A DNA stretch of 64,000 bases. Source: Phoronis australis (lineage: Eukaryota; Animalia; Phoronida). Position numbers and translations under genes: made by a program. The stretch is taken from contig NMRA01000150.1 of NCBI GenBank assembly GCA_002633005.1, forward strand, positions 740,053 through 804,052, given 5' to 3'. Shown piece after piece: positions 26,589 to 39,103 of the stretch (positions are counted from its first letter, which is position 1; each line of letters begins with the position of its first letter). Below the pieces are notes generated by a model. That model had not been told where the DNA came from. It was given only the letters and a program-made list of their open reading frames with translations, and did not search any database.

Positions 26589-26792
26589 TGAATATCGCTG
26601 CTAAGAAACCAACTCAGCAGTCTAGCATATATGAAGGTCTCACATCTTCAAAAGCTGTGGATGGGGACCTGAGACAAGACTACATCTACTGTGCTAACAC
26701 ACTTGCTGAGAAGGACCCCTGGTGGAGAGTAGACCTGTTAGCTGTGTACTCTATTTCTAATGTTACGATAGTGAACCGAGATGGCTGTTGTG
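26589..26792 (+). CDS. Receptor exon: F-type lectin domain 2, N-half
   Basis: Paralog of 9052-9255; 204 nt, ag/gtaagt, phase 1-1; NIAAKKPTQQSS..CANT..DPWWRVDL..NRDGCCG. Confidence 0.92.
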
Positions 26793-27788
26793 GTAAGTTT
26801 TACCTTCATTTGAAATAATTTGATGAAGTCACAATTCACTAAAACTAATTTTAATATACCGACTTAGAGTTGCTATAAATGTGTATTCATAAAAAATAAG
26901 TTGTGATTTAGTGTAATGGTGTGGGTCATGAAATTGGTCTCATGTTGTTCCTTACTCAAATTAGAGCTGATAGCTGGACTTGACCAGTCAGGTCATTGGT
27001 TCAGATCAGGCTCAACAAGTTTGTACCATTAGGGTGTTCTCCTGCTCAGTGACTAGGTACTGATATTATCTAGCTCCTTGGTTTACTGCCAAGCACAGTC
27101 TTTTGTCTGGTATGACAACATGCAGGCCAATTATCTACCAAGCTTATTACCGTTAGGACAGAATAGATTGTCTTAACTTCAGTTTTATTTGGGGTGATTT
27201 TGGTCATTCAAAATCTAAACATGATCAGCATTTGACGAAGAATTCAGAAATGGTATTGGTTTATGTTCAAACGTTTATAAGTCAACTTTTAGTTTTAACA
27301 GCAAAGCCCAGTCATGGTAGATAGGAACTTATGCAAGATTAGTGCAATTATCGAGCAAAGGAGAGATGACCCTCCAACCATAAATGCCAGAATGTACTTA
27401 ATCACTCAGTACAGGCTACAGTGGTCATCTGCCCAACTTGCTGTTGTGCTATACAACCGAACAAGTTGGACTCAACGGGAGAATGCCGTAATGCAACAAG
27501 TTGGCTTGTCTTAGCTGTCAATGTTATGCCCGAAGCATGGTCTGTAACATTAACATTCTGGGAGCTCTTTACATGTCAAGAAACTAAAGCAGGGCAGAGG
27601 ATTGGTTTTATTTTACATTAACAATTAACACATGTATGATTGCAGTTATTTCAAATGACACTAGGACCTTGTCAAGTCTTCTTTGTGATTTTATACTGCT
27701 AGGTGTCATTCTTTGACTCAATAATGGGTAGGCACCCAATGATCAGTCTTTTGTAATCTTGTCAACACATCATTCACGGATTCTATAA

Positions 27789-30080
27789 AGGCCAAGTATG
27801 GTGCCAAAATGACTATTTTTACATTTAAAATACATTTATTGATGAAAAATATCAAAATACTTTGTCATAGCATACCCCAGTCGTTAATGAAGTAGGCCTT
27901 CGACAATACAGGGGCACGAACCCCATTTAGAGTAAAAAAAACTTGGGACAACGCACGCGCCAATCGAAGTCAATGACATCATCGTTACCACGAATTTGGC
28001 TTTCACTGTGTCCCCATAGTATTGGAATCAGCGATGACTGGCTATTTCATTTAGTGCAAAATACGTGGAAAATCAAGGAAAACACAGTAATTTTTCATTT
28101 CATGTCAGTAAATATTAAAATTGATCAAAACCATTACCTTTAGAGTTTTTATTCATTTATTTAGCACATATGCGGGCCCGTATGGGAATCCCCTGGAGTG
28201 TGACTGGGGCCGTCGAAACAGCCGGAAAAACAAAACGCTTCGTCTGAATTGTTATCAGCAATTTCACAATGTTTATTATAAAGAGTAATTTGCTTGATAC
28301 AAAAACTTTAGTGTTAGGAACTTTGCATTCATGTCTCTTTGAAGCCGAAGGTGTGAATGCTGCACGATTCCAATACGGGCGGCTGTCGAGTGTGTGTCCC
28401 TTATTGGTATAGGCAACAATAGGCCGTTTAATTTGGTGCAAAATACTTGGAAACGTTACTACACATATTGGCTTGATCTTTTCGTACAAAGCAATTATAA
28501 TCAAATTCGTTGAAAACTTTATATTAGAAACTCAATTTTCAAAATAAGTCGCCTTGAAATGCTGCAACCTATAGCCTGATTGCCACCACTCGGTCAACCT
28601 AAAAAAATTTTTTAATAGCAACGCAACATTGTGAGTGTCTAATAAATTAAAACTACGAAATAAAGTCTGGATTGCATGAAAACACACCCAATTATAAGAA
28701 TTTGTAATCAATTGAACGTTTTAAATTCAGTATCAGAATTCCGTTAGGCCTATGGGAACGACCCAGTCACACAGAACATTCAGGATTTGGGCCGGATTCC
28801 CTATACTCTTGGCCGAAACAGTAACACGAAACGTCGAAGTGCACACTGTATATTTTTTGTAGCCAGCCAGCTAGGTGTTTGAAGAATATCACTAAAATAC
28901 AGCTAGGTAACACTGTGAATTGAGCTCTGTTAAACTACGAAATATCATACAGGCCGGGTATGAGTTGTGTTAGTCACCTCGTTGTGAAACTTCTATCGCA
29001 GAGCCAACGACGGACAGCCGGGGTGCATGCAAAATGTTTGAGACAATTCGGACACTCACCTTGCCTGTTGCCAGTGGTTCACGGGAAGAACAATCTAATA
29101 CACATCATTTTCTAGCATTACTCTACGCCTTTTGAATTGTGTAACAAAGAAAGTCGTTGTTTTGAAAACAGTACGCTCGTGACAAGCACACGCGTCGTAC
29201 TAAAATTTTGCGACTTCTTATGGGACATGATGATAGCTTCGCAGTAGTAAAGTTTGTTCTAAATTCGGTTTGCTGGTCTTAAAAATGCTAAAAACTTGTA
29301 ACAAAATGAAACCAGTTCTGACAATTTGTTGTGACAGTACGCAACCTCGTGGCAGCAAAGAACAGTTGATAGAAGAATAAACTGGGGAGGGGGGGGAGAA
29401 ACTGTTCAGGTCAGGTGACGTAATGGCTAAACGCCGACACAAGAGTGCACTTCAATTTTAACAGTAGATGAGTGGTAGAACAATAATTCTTCCAACACGG
29501 TAAATAATTTGGTTTACTCAAAGATTGGTGCAGCTTTTAATGACACTATTTCTGAGTCAGATTTTATTGAGCAATTTTTACCCACATCGACGCGAAGCTG
29601 TAGATTTTGTATAGGGCTACAGCTTTGCACCAAGCCTAAAACAGATCTTGCCGATCAGGAAAGTTTGTCGCCAGGCCTTGTCGTTGATACAAATCTATTC
29701 CACGCACGGCACACGACATGATCGGTGGGGAAGTTGTGCAAATGTATCACATCGTCGCTGACATTGCTACAACCGCACACCATGCAAAGAGGCATTTTAG
29801 CCCAGAGATCGACAAGTACAGAACGTCCAAGAAGTAGCACTCAGCTCTTACGCAGTGTGGCTTCCTAATAATTTTGTGGCCACGATGATGTCATATGAAC
29901 CACTTTACACTGATTGGTTGAGATTTTTTTGGGGTACTCGAAGGGGCTACGAATTATGAGCGGTGTAATTTGCGTTGCAATTAATTTCTTTCCGTGGTAT
30001 GTAAGAAGCAAAAACATTTTTTATTAACAATACATACGTTCCTGGTGTCAAAAAAGTGTTTTAGCTGCTGGACGATGTCT
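27789..30080 (-). mobile_element. Kolobok-like THAP element relic (unit B only)
   Basis: Inserted at the TTAA that is empty in unit A (ggattttTTAAggg, ~21230); AG..CT ends; minus strand THAP MPLCMVCGCSN..LHNFPTD..RAWNRFVSTTR (29795-29655). Confidence 0.65.
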
Positions 30081-30436
30081 TTAAGGATGCAACTGCATAC
30101 AAGTCTGTTAGGTGCATTTATACCCTACTACACTGTTGTGCGTTTGCCATTGATTGCATGTTGTGTGAAGATTTTTTCAGTTTTTGTGTTGTGCTCCTCG
30201 GCGAAGGGTTGAAAACTCATGATTTATGTTTCCCATTCTCGTTTTTGTGGTTGATCTTATAGATAAACAAAACACCAAAATGAGCTTAGGCTAATTTGGG
30301 GGTAGACCCTATCACCACCGAGGTGACCAAAAGGACGTCGCTGGTATATGCCCTTTTCATGGCCTCTAGACCGATCAGGTGTGTTTTCACTGACTTGCTG
30401 TTTACACTTGATGTCTGTCTGTTCTTATTTCAATAG

Positions 30437-30664
30437 GTGATCGGCTGCGTAACTTTGTTGTCAAGGTAACCAACATCTCAAGCCTATCTGCCCCATCCCA
30501 ACAGTGTAGTCACTACCCAGGACGTGCTAGTACAGGAGACACACTACGTATAAACTGCAGTCCTCATCCAGTGTTTGGTCGCTATTTGTATATACAGATT
30601 TTCGATGAAGCTGGGGTCCTCACGCTGTGTGAAGTACAAGTTCATGGTGTTGTGATTTCTTCTG
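30437..30664 (+). CDS. Receptor exon: F-type lectin domain 2, C-half
   Basis: Paralog of 22074-22301; 228 nt, phase 1-1; GDRLRNFVVKV..GRYLYIQIFDEAGVLTLCEVQVHG. Confidence 0.92.
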
Positions 30665-33391
30665 GTGAGTTGTTGCATACTTGTCAGCAGAAAAGTATCA
30701 AGGTTGAGATGAATTAAATGAACAAAAGTGAAAATTTGTGATCCATTACAGGTATTTCATAGTCAAATTGTAGAGCCAATACAGTAGGTTTTGCACAAAC
30801 TCAATGCTCATTCAACTCTCTGTCAGAATATCTGAGATCATTTTAATTTCTTGATAGGGTAGCTCAGGGTATGGTAGAATGTTTAACTTTGAGAAAAGGT
30901 ACCTCAAATGTCATACTGTACACAGGGTTACCTGTTGTACGGTGCTTAATTTGTTTCCACTCAATTATGTGCTGATTAAAATATAACAAGTTGTTACATT
31001 TTACTCTGCTAGGCTTCCCCTAAAATATAACAAGTTGTTACATTTTACCAAAGCGATTTCATATTTCATGGGTTTGCATGGTACTTTTCACAGGAGGAAA
31101 ATGGTTACCACACTTAATGGCTTCTTTCTTGATTTGTTTGAATGAAATTTTGTCCGTTCAAATTCAGATAGATGTGTCCCCATGTGCTTTCCGTTGTTTT
31201 TTAACATAAATGGTTTCTTGGTATAGTCAAATAATGTGAACCATACAGTTTCAACTCCAGACCAAAGGAGTTTCCAGGATCAGGATCAGTTTATTGTTGA
31301 AGTATTCTTACAATCTTTTGTTGGTGCTCCCAGGTCATAAACCAAGTGTGTATTTTTTCAATAAAAGCAACCATAACAAAGTGTTTCACAGAGAATTCAA
31401 TTTCGGAAACCAAAGAAAAATCAACCCTTTTAGTCCATGATAGTTTGACTTTTATCAGCCAATTTTACTGCCTTGAAATCATCGCTGATTCATTTATTGC
31501 CCCACTCCACACAAAAGGAGCAAAACCAAAGTTTCTGGTACCAACTAGTTTTGTCTACCACCTTAGTTGTAAAAATCCATTGAGGAAGTACATCTCACCG
31601 CTGTGCGGGGAAAGTTTCTTGAGAAGTGCACCATTCCTGCGGATTACAAAAAGTGCATTTTCTCTTTATATTATCTTTTAATATAAAATGTCAATTAATA
31701 TTGTTATTTTTTCAATGTTCGTTAGTACGAAGTTTATATATGAAGACAAAGATTGGACATTCTGCTATTAAAAGGCGTGAAGTCACATGTCTCATCAACA
31801 TGCATGCTTGTAGGCAGAGTAAGGGAATTTGGTTATTAACCACTTCGCTTCATCGCATATAAAAGCGCATATTAAACACTATCACTGACTTTGACGTTGG
31901 CCGTTTTTGTTCCATACAACCATCTTTCTATGAAATCTAGTTCAAATTCCTTACTGTCTTCTAAGAGTATAGTGGCCCATTCCATATGAAATTGTTGTGT
32001 GTTTTGTATGTCCATTACCAACTATTCTAATGACCCGGTGACCGCGGCCATAGCCGACCAGTCGCCAGATCTTGAAAAGTGTCTGCCTCCAGAGATCAGC
32101 TTAACACAAGTTTTGAACTGACTCATCATCGAGGAACGAGTCCCAGTTCTTTGATAAGGAAATTTGTTTTCAGCAAGAGACAAAAATGATATCATGGTGG
32201 GTATCCTCACATTTAGATGTAGTCGCAAGTAAAAGATTAGAGTCTGAATTCAGTTCTTTGTGGCAAACTGCAGAAGGATATAGTTATATTACAAACACTT
32301 CCGAGCTTGCCAATAGTTAAAAAATAATCAATTTTAAAGTTGGTGCATGTCTATACAAGAATTTAAATCTCAACCTCCTCGTTTCCAAAAGGTAATCCTA
32401 CTCTGCATCCACAGCTATCAAAACGTTTCTCACATTATCATTAAGGTTGAACTTAAGAACCCCATTAAAATCCTTTTGAAACAGCAGTTGTTGTAGTAAT
32501 AGTAATAATAATAATGATAATGGTTTGCCAAATGCATGCCATGTCAGCTCGAAGGGTATTCCTATAGAAGAGGTTTATGAAGAGTGACGCCTGAGGGTGT
32601 TTTCTCACAGCTAAAGAATACTCTCCAAAATTTTACGAAATTGTTACATGCACCCACATATCCACATTTCCATCATCTCTGTCTAGGCATCTGCAGTCTG
32701 CTATTGTATTTACAGGATCTTAGCAAGATTTGGAAAATATGTTCCTGTGATGCTAGAGAAAGAAAATGGATTTTGGACTGATTCAGTCACTGCTGTGCCC
32801 TCTAGTGGCAAATTTGTTTTTTGTGTTTGTGTGATCAATTTTCATAAAATTTGGCAAATAAGTTTCTATTATAGAGACAACTATACCTTTTTATTTGTTG
32901 ATGGATTTGACGTATTCTGTTCAACCTAGTGACCATCTTTAAGATTTTCAAGTCTTTTTTTGTCATCCACCTCTCTATCCGCCAAACCTGCCAAAAACGT
33001 AACCAAAGTTGGCATATATGTTGTATTGAAAGGAACACGACTGTCCTTGATTTTGGTTAGGTCTGGGTACTATGACATCCCATGATGAAAACCTGTTTTT
33101 TATCTTTAATCCCTTTAATCTTCGTCAAATATTGCAGTTTTTTTACTTATGAACTTGACAATGGATGATGATTTCTTTCAGATGAATACGAAATAATACT
33201 GTGCCCCTGTTGTGGCAATTTTTTTACATTTCTGCTGCGTGTCCATAGACACAATTTGAATGGGGCTATGCGGAGAATTCTCCTTGCGGTGTTGCTGCTG
33301 TACTAGTGGTGATTGAATTGCGCATGCGTGGCTGTCTGCATGTAAACAACTGGTGAAAGATCGAATTTTTATCAAAATACGTCGTCGCGCT

Positions 33392-34325
33392 AAGCCTTAT
33401 TACTGCTAATTTCCCTGGTGCAAGTCTTCGACAGGTGGCCACAAATTCCCAAAAGACCTAAGGTTACTATATTCGTGGACAATTGCGGTCAACAGGGTCA
33501 ACTAATTGACAAAAAGTGTGTGGATGCTGAAGCCCATGACCGTGTGTGCTCTATGACTATGCAGTTCCATTCGGAGACTACACAACATTACTTGGTAAGT
33601 TTTTAGCTATCAGTTTCTATCAACATCGTTCGGTGATGTTATCCCCACCAGTTACCCCACTGAATGACAGTTTTATTGAGTGGAACTAAGTGTTTCTTTT
33701 TGGAAACTCACCCGATGCCGGGTAGGCTAGCAGCACATATTCATATTGTCCTGGGTGGGAGTGTTCCCAAAATAAGAGGTGTATGGTACGTGATGCACAG
33801 AAGTCACGAGTGACTTTTTCACAGCAGTTTCTCTTCAGAACTATGCTGTTTTCAATAAAATTCTCTAGATGAGTGAGTTTCCTTATTTTATCGTGGACCC
33901 CACCCCCAGGACCACTAGCTCAGTTATCGAATTAACATGAATAAGCCTTAATTCAGTAAATGTCGTAACATTGCATTGGAAAAAATTGACACCTAGAATG
34001 AATTTTACTTGTTGAGATCAGAAGCACATTTTAAGTGAAATGAAAAATACACATTGTTAAATCACTTTTAGCCTGTTTCACATATTTTAATTCAGATATT
34101 AAATAAGACTTGGGTACAAAGGTTATTAGTTTCTACACATAAAACATGAAGGTGAAATGTCAAGTATGTTCTGCCTTACAAAAGTAGTTTTGTCTTGTCT
34201 ATTCTTTTACAATTTGCTAATATTTCTATTCTGTTACAGGCAAGAAAAAACAACTGAAACCAACCTTCTGCCCATCTATTTCACCGTTGGACAGAGTGAA
34301 AAGCAATCCTTCAGCAATAACCTGA
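33392..34325 (+). pseudogene. Two-exon THAP relic (33392-33594, 34240-34325)
   Basis: KPYYC*FPWCKSSTGGHKFPKDLRL..WTIAVNRV..W..HDRVCS, then G|gtaagt ... ttacag|GKKKQLKPTFCPSI. Confidence 0.7.
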
Positions 34326-34660
34326 GAGAATTGAACGTAATTCAGAAATTCAGCACCTGATATGCCTGATTATGGACCCCCTCGCAATGTTGTTTCTTTC
34401 TGTGCTTTTTCAGTTTGCCATTTGTTTTTAAATACACTGATAATTGTTTATTCTCGAATCTTGTGCATAGCAGATTCTTATCCAGCTAACTACAATTGAA
34501 AACATACAATAAGACAATCGATGCAGTCACTGAATGTCATTTCCCCATAATGTGTACCAAATTGAAAAGTTTTTACTAATAGTATAAAGCCTTTCTTCTG
34601 AAAGGAAAATTTAATGTCACTCAGCTTTTGGCTTTCATTTCACTGGGATCTAGTTTCAAT

Positions 34661-35612
34661 CTCTTCTACAAGGTATTACTGTAGCCAAGGCTGTTCAAAG
34701 CCCCTTCCATCCATTACACAGTCAAGTGAAGACTGCACTTGGCAGGTGCGTGAACCCCGTCCCTGCAACAGTAACTTATGGACTTCGTCCTAGACCTTTT
34801 CGCAATGCCGCCTACCAAAGACTTAGCAGGTGCTCGTGGACTGTCGCTGCTGTTAACGTGCAAGATGCTGCTTGGCTGCCAGTACAAGAACTTGGTGAGG
34901 AACCGAATGTCATCATTGCTTTCAACAGGGAAGCTCGGGAATGGCCTCCTGGAGTAGCCCAAGCATTGTGCCGTCAGCAATGGCGTGATCTTGGCGGTAT
35001 TAATGCCATCATTGTAGCAACTGATGGTTCCTTTGATGGTGAGACTAATCGTGCGGGATGGGGTTATCAAATATGCTGTGCTAACAACGTCATTGCGGAA
35101 GGTAGTGGCTGCCACCATGTATGCACAAGCAGTACGCGGATGGAGTTTGAGGCTATACAACGTGCCCTAACCAAGCTGTCACTCTTAGACCTGGAGAATG
35201 ACACCATTATCTTTGCCACTGATTCCATGGCAGTGTTGATGAAAGTTCAATCTGGTAACCTCCCAGCCAACTGGGGTGTCTTCCGATCACGCCACCCTCA
35301 TTATGTAGTGATCTGGTCTTTCGTACCTGGCCACGCCGGTGTCCTGATTAATGAGCGTGCAGATTACCTCGCTGGCTCATGCACCACCAACCAACCAACC
35401 CCTCTACTTATATTCGGCTGACGTTAAGCTGCTGGCCCGCAAACGCAACCTCGAGCAGACTGCATCCCAACTGGCGGAGTTCAATGATGGCAGCCGACTG
35501 CTCGAAGCCGGTATTATTTATGGCCATGCAGCGAAGAGTCACAAGAAGAGCCGTGCCCGAGTGCTGTCAAATCAAATGCTTACAGGCAACTTCAGCAGGT
35601 ATTATTACAGGT
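34661..35612 (+). mobile_element. Non-LTR retrotransposon fragment encoding RNase HI, flanked by a 13-bp TSD
   Basis: ATDGSF..AGWG..SSTRMEFEAI..ATDSMAVL..VPGHAGVLINERADYLA; direct repeat ATCTAGTTTCAAT at 34648-60 and 35613-25. Confidence 0.85.
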
Positions 35613-35625
35613 ATCTAGTTTCAAT

Positions 35626-36060
35626 GCCTATAGAAGCGCTTGTAAAAAGGTCCAGTTTCAACACGTGGCTTTCTTTCATGTTACCTCATTCGGCCTCAAT
35701 AACATCCACAATTAGACCCTTGAAGGTAAACAAAGCAGCATATGACTTGAATCGTTTTGAGCCCAAAACAGACTCTGAACTAGACCAGAGTGTGACTAGG
35801 TCTTCTTTAGCTTCAGTCCCTCATGTTTCTTACAGGAAAGGAAACAAGCTATTGTCCACACATGACTCATTGCCTATGAAAGGGCATCCTCACCAACAAG
35901 GCTTATTTGTATAGCAGTCAGATATTGTTCGTCTGGATACACAGACAGTCCACTGGCACATTGTCTTATGATAAGTTAGTACTGCGATTCACATTTCTCC
36001 AGGGCCACTGATTTGCACATTGTTCCATGCAGCACTGCTGGTGTGTGGAAGTGCTGTGGG
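35626..36060 (-). pseudogene. YqaJ/lambda-type exonuclease relic (ISL2EU second ORF)
   Basis: Minus strand FHTPAVLHG..ALEKCE..ASGLSVYPDEQYLTA..LVGEDA..LKLKKT..VQ..LFTFKGLIVDVI..LKLDLF, with stops and frameshifts. Confidence 0.7.
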
Positions 36061-37974
36061 AAGAGAACAGAGTAACAAAGCTTGTTTATGATACAGCTTG
36101 AAGTGGCCTTAAAATGTCACTGAACATGGAACAAATATTGAAATATGAATAATTAAGTACTCCAGATTGGATCAAAAATGTTATCCCTGTTTTTCAAAAA
36201 TATATGGTGATTGCTCTAAAGTTTCACATAACATTAAATAATTACTATTTTCAGAAACCAATGGTGTATATAATGAGTATTGCATAAAACTGTGTCTTTA
36301 TTTTTTATCCCTAGCCACAACAATTCTTTAAACACATCACTTGTCTGCAAAATATACAAACCTTTGTTACCCATTTTCAAGCCTTTTTAATTTTGATACT
36401 TTCAGCAATTTTAAACTCAGATTACAGGTTCATGGGTCTGTCAAGCATACTTCTAGACTAAGGTTGAGGGAACCGTTTCTCAGACTTTTAATACTTCTTC
36501 TAATAGAAGATATGAAGACTTGGGTCATTTAAAAATGATGGATAATCTTTCTGTTGTTTAAGAGTAATTACAAATCGTAAGGCACCATCAAAAATGCAAT
36601 TTTCACAAAAATGGCAGTCATTTGAATTTATAACGACTTGCAACATTTAAAGGCATGAGTTAAGACTATTCAGTCACTGTGAATTCAGAAAATGTAATAT
36701 ATTTTCGTGGTTTTACAATTGATACAAGTAGCAAAACAGTTTCATGAAATCAACTTGAAGGGACTTCATGAAGGTTACGAATTACCTCACCATGCTCTTT
36801 TCCCCAAACATGTATTACCTGTTATTTCCACACATTCAGTTGTACCAAATATTACAATCCCCCATGCCAATCCCCGGGCCTCTCGGGACCTGAATAAGTA
36901 ATTTAACAAAATGACTTTAAAAATAGCTGTTCCTTTTCAAAGGCTTTGTTCGTTGTCTCCATTATTGAAAGTAGGCTTTGACAACAGATCTGCACTGGAC
37001 GGGAGGATCTTCTTGGTTAGCTGCAGTCAAATGCTAAAAACCAATTTTTGTCCATTCAGGGACGGTGCAGAAGCGATGCATATCTATTCTGCACGGTACA
37101 AGCCTTCAAACCTAAAAACCAAAGGTTACGTGAAAACTGACGTGATAGATTTCCATTTCAACGTGTAATAGATTTCCAGAAGACACATGATAGGGAGTAA
37201 GCAAATAGTCTAATGCAATGGATATTTATCACTCACGCACCCTTTGCCATTGGGATTGGATTGTAATCTTCATTAACCTGTATCGAGTTGACAGCATAAA
37301 CATTCAGCATTGATTGATATAACTGTCACTGATAAACTCTTAGAAATCATTCCAAACAATAATAATGCTTTGATGTACGAAAAGATCCCGATTGCTACGT
37401 CAAGTGTCGTATCACATATCACAACCTACAAAGATTAACCANCCCTCTAGTTATTGTAGATTTTCCGAATAGCCCCATTGCTTTTCATTCCACTCACCAC
37501 AGTTTCAGTCTTAATTTAATTACGTTTACTTTTATTTTGAAGTTTAATTTCCTGTAACATTTGCATCTTTGTTTAGTTGTTCCTATAAATTTTGAGTGCT
37601 TGTTGATAATTCATAATTTGGACAAGTAGTAGACAAGGGATCAGTTGTGTCAGTCTAGACTCTAAATCTGGTGACTGTACATGAAGCATTAACTGACAGC
37701 ATGCTTATGATTAAACTTGAGATAGTAGAGCTGCATTTATATAGTACAACAGGTAAGGGTTGAAATTTGGAAAACTTCTGAGGAAAAATCAAATCATTTA
37801 GTTATGAGATTAACATCTCAACAAATAAGACACCTTTGCTTTAACAATTCATCCAATTTTGAGATTGAAACTTTTCATGCTTATTCATACAGTCTTGTAT
37901 TGGATAGAACGAGTTCCTTTTTAATTTTATTTCTGTCATGTGACTTTTCCTTAAAAGAGTGATGATACATTTAG

Positions 37975-38250
37975 GAACAATCTTACCTAACAAAGAGTGC
38001 AAGATTGACAACTTTGGACAAACTTATTCTGGTCTAGTTAAGACCACTCAAGGCAACAACCATTGTCAGCGCTGGGACTCACAGACTCCAAATACGCATG
38101 GTATAATCACAGAAAAGCTACCAGATGATACACTACAAAGTGCTGCCGACTATTGTAGAAACCCCAACAGAAGCCTAAGTGGACCGTGGTGTTACCATGC
38201 TACTGGGAGTGGTAGATGGAGTCACTGTGACGTTTACAGATGTCCTGTTT
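37975..38250 (+). CDS. Receptor exon: kringle domain
   Basis: ECK..GQTYSG..T..CQRWDSQTP..H..ADYCRNP..GPWCY..WSHCDVYRC (6 Cys); tttag acceptor, T|gtaagt donor, phase 1-1. Confidence 0.93.
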
Positions 38251-38269
38251 GTAAGTATTGTAAAAGTTG

Positions 38270-38575
38270 CTCTAGTTTCTTACAGTTAGTGCAAACATTG
38301 CGTTGGGTAAGCCTGCTATACAGTCTAGATGTGGCTGTACACCCTCACATTCCTCTGTTTCTTACAGTGAGTACAAACATTGCATTGGGTAAGCCTGCTA
38401 TACAGTAGTCTACATATAGCTGCACACCCTCACGCTCTTGTGTTTCTTACAGTGAGTACAAACATTGCATTGGGTAAGCCTGCTATACAGTAGTCTACAT
38501 ATAGCTGCACACCCTCACACTCTTGTGTTTCTTACAGTGAGTACAAACATTGCATTGGGTAAACCTGCTATACAG
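38270..38575 (+). repeat. 4-copy 82-85 bp tandem repeat of the intron/exon boundary
   Basis: tttcttacag|T(G/T)AGT(A/G)CAAACATTGC(A/G)TTGGGTAA(G/A)CCTGCTATACAGT at 38286, 38368, 38453 and 38538. Confidence 0.93.
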
Positions 38576-38762
38576 TCATCAACTCGTGCTGAAGGAAGTG
38601 CTGCATCACTTGCTGTTGATGGAAACAAAAACACAGACTTTGAAGGTGGTAACAGCTGTTCACGCACCACAGGCAGATCAAACGATTGGTGGAGAGTTGA
38701 CCTGGAGAATGTTTATGCCGTGTACATGGTCGATGTAACCAACAGACAGCATCTAGTCAACT
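38538..38762 (+). CDS. Receptor exon: F-type lectin domain 3, N-half
   Basis: STNIALGKPAIQSST..ASLAVDGN..CSRT..WWRVDL..VTNR; T|gtatgt donor, phase 1-1. Confidence 0.9.
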
Positions 38763-39103
38763 GTATGTGATTTATAGTTGTATCTTGTTGAAATAAAGTG
38801 CTTTTTCAAATTTCTTTAACAAAAGTTTAAGTTTCTTCACAAGATGTTCTTTATACGTATCTGGACTTTTCTATAATGGAGGAAAACGTTTCTCTGACAC
38901 ATGCAATATGCAAATTCTGACATAAATGACAATTATACCAGTTAAAGTTTTGTTGGACCTGTACGTTGTTTTCCAACTTTCTGCCTTGATTCATATCAAA
39001 TTTTGCAGCTCCTCAGTAAACTTGTTATCATTTCCAGGTTCATCAATTAAATTAGTTAACCTGTCAATAATTTGTATCTGATAAGTTTTTATTACTCTTT
39101 CAG

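Larger units (their letters stand above)
25281..33154 (+). repeat. Intragenic tandem duplication, unit B
   Basis: The junction at 25281 joins the unit end (cctatgAAC) to the unit start (AACatcactc) through a 3-bp AAC microhomology. Confidence 0.93.
33262..37476 (+). mobile_element. Degenerate ISL2EU (PIF/Harbinger-related) DNA transposon
   Basis: AT TSD; TIR GGGGCTATGCGGAGAATT versus reverse-complement GGGGCTATTCGGAAAATC; THAP relic on + and YqaJ/lambda-exonuclease relic on -. Confidence 0.8.

Noticed and set aside
34726-35421. Cellular or bacterial RNase HI gene (horizontal transfer)
   Set aside because: No true start, frameshifted tail, flanked by a TSD and nested in another TE; motif style fits non-LTR retrotransposons
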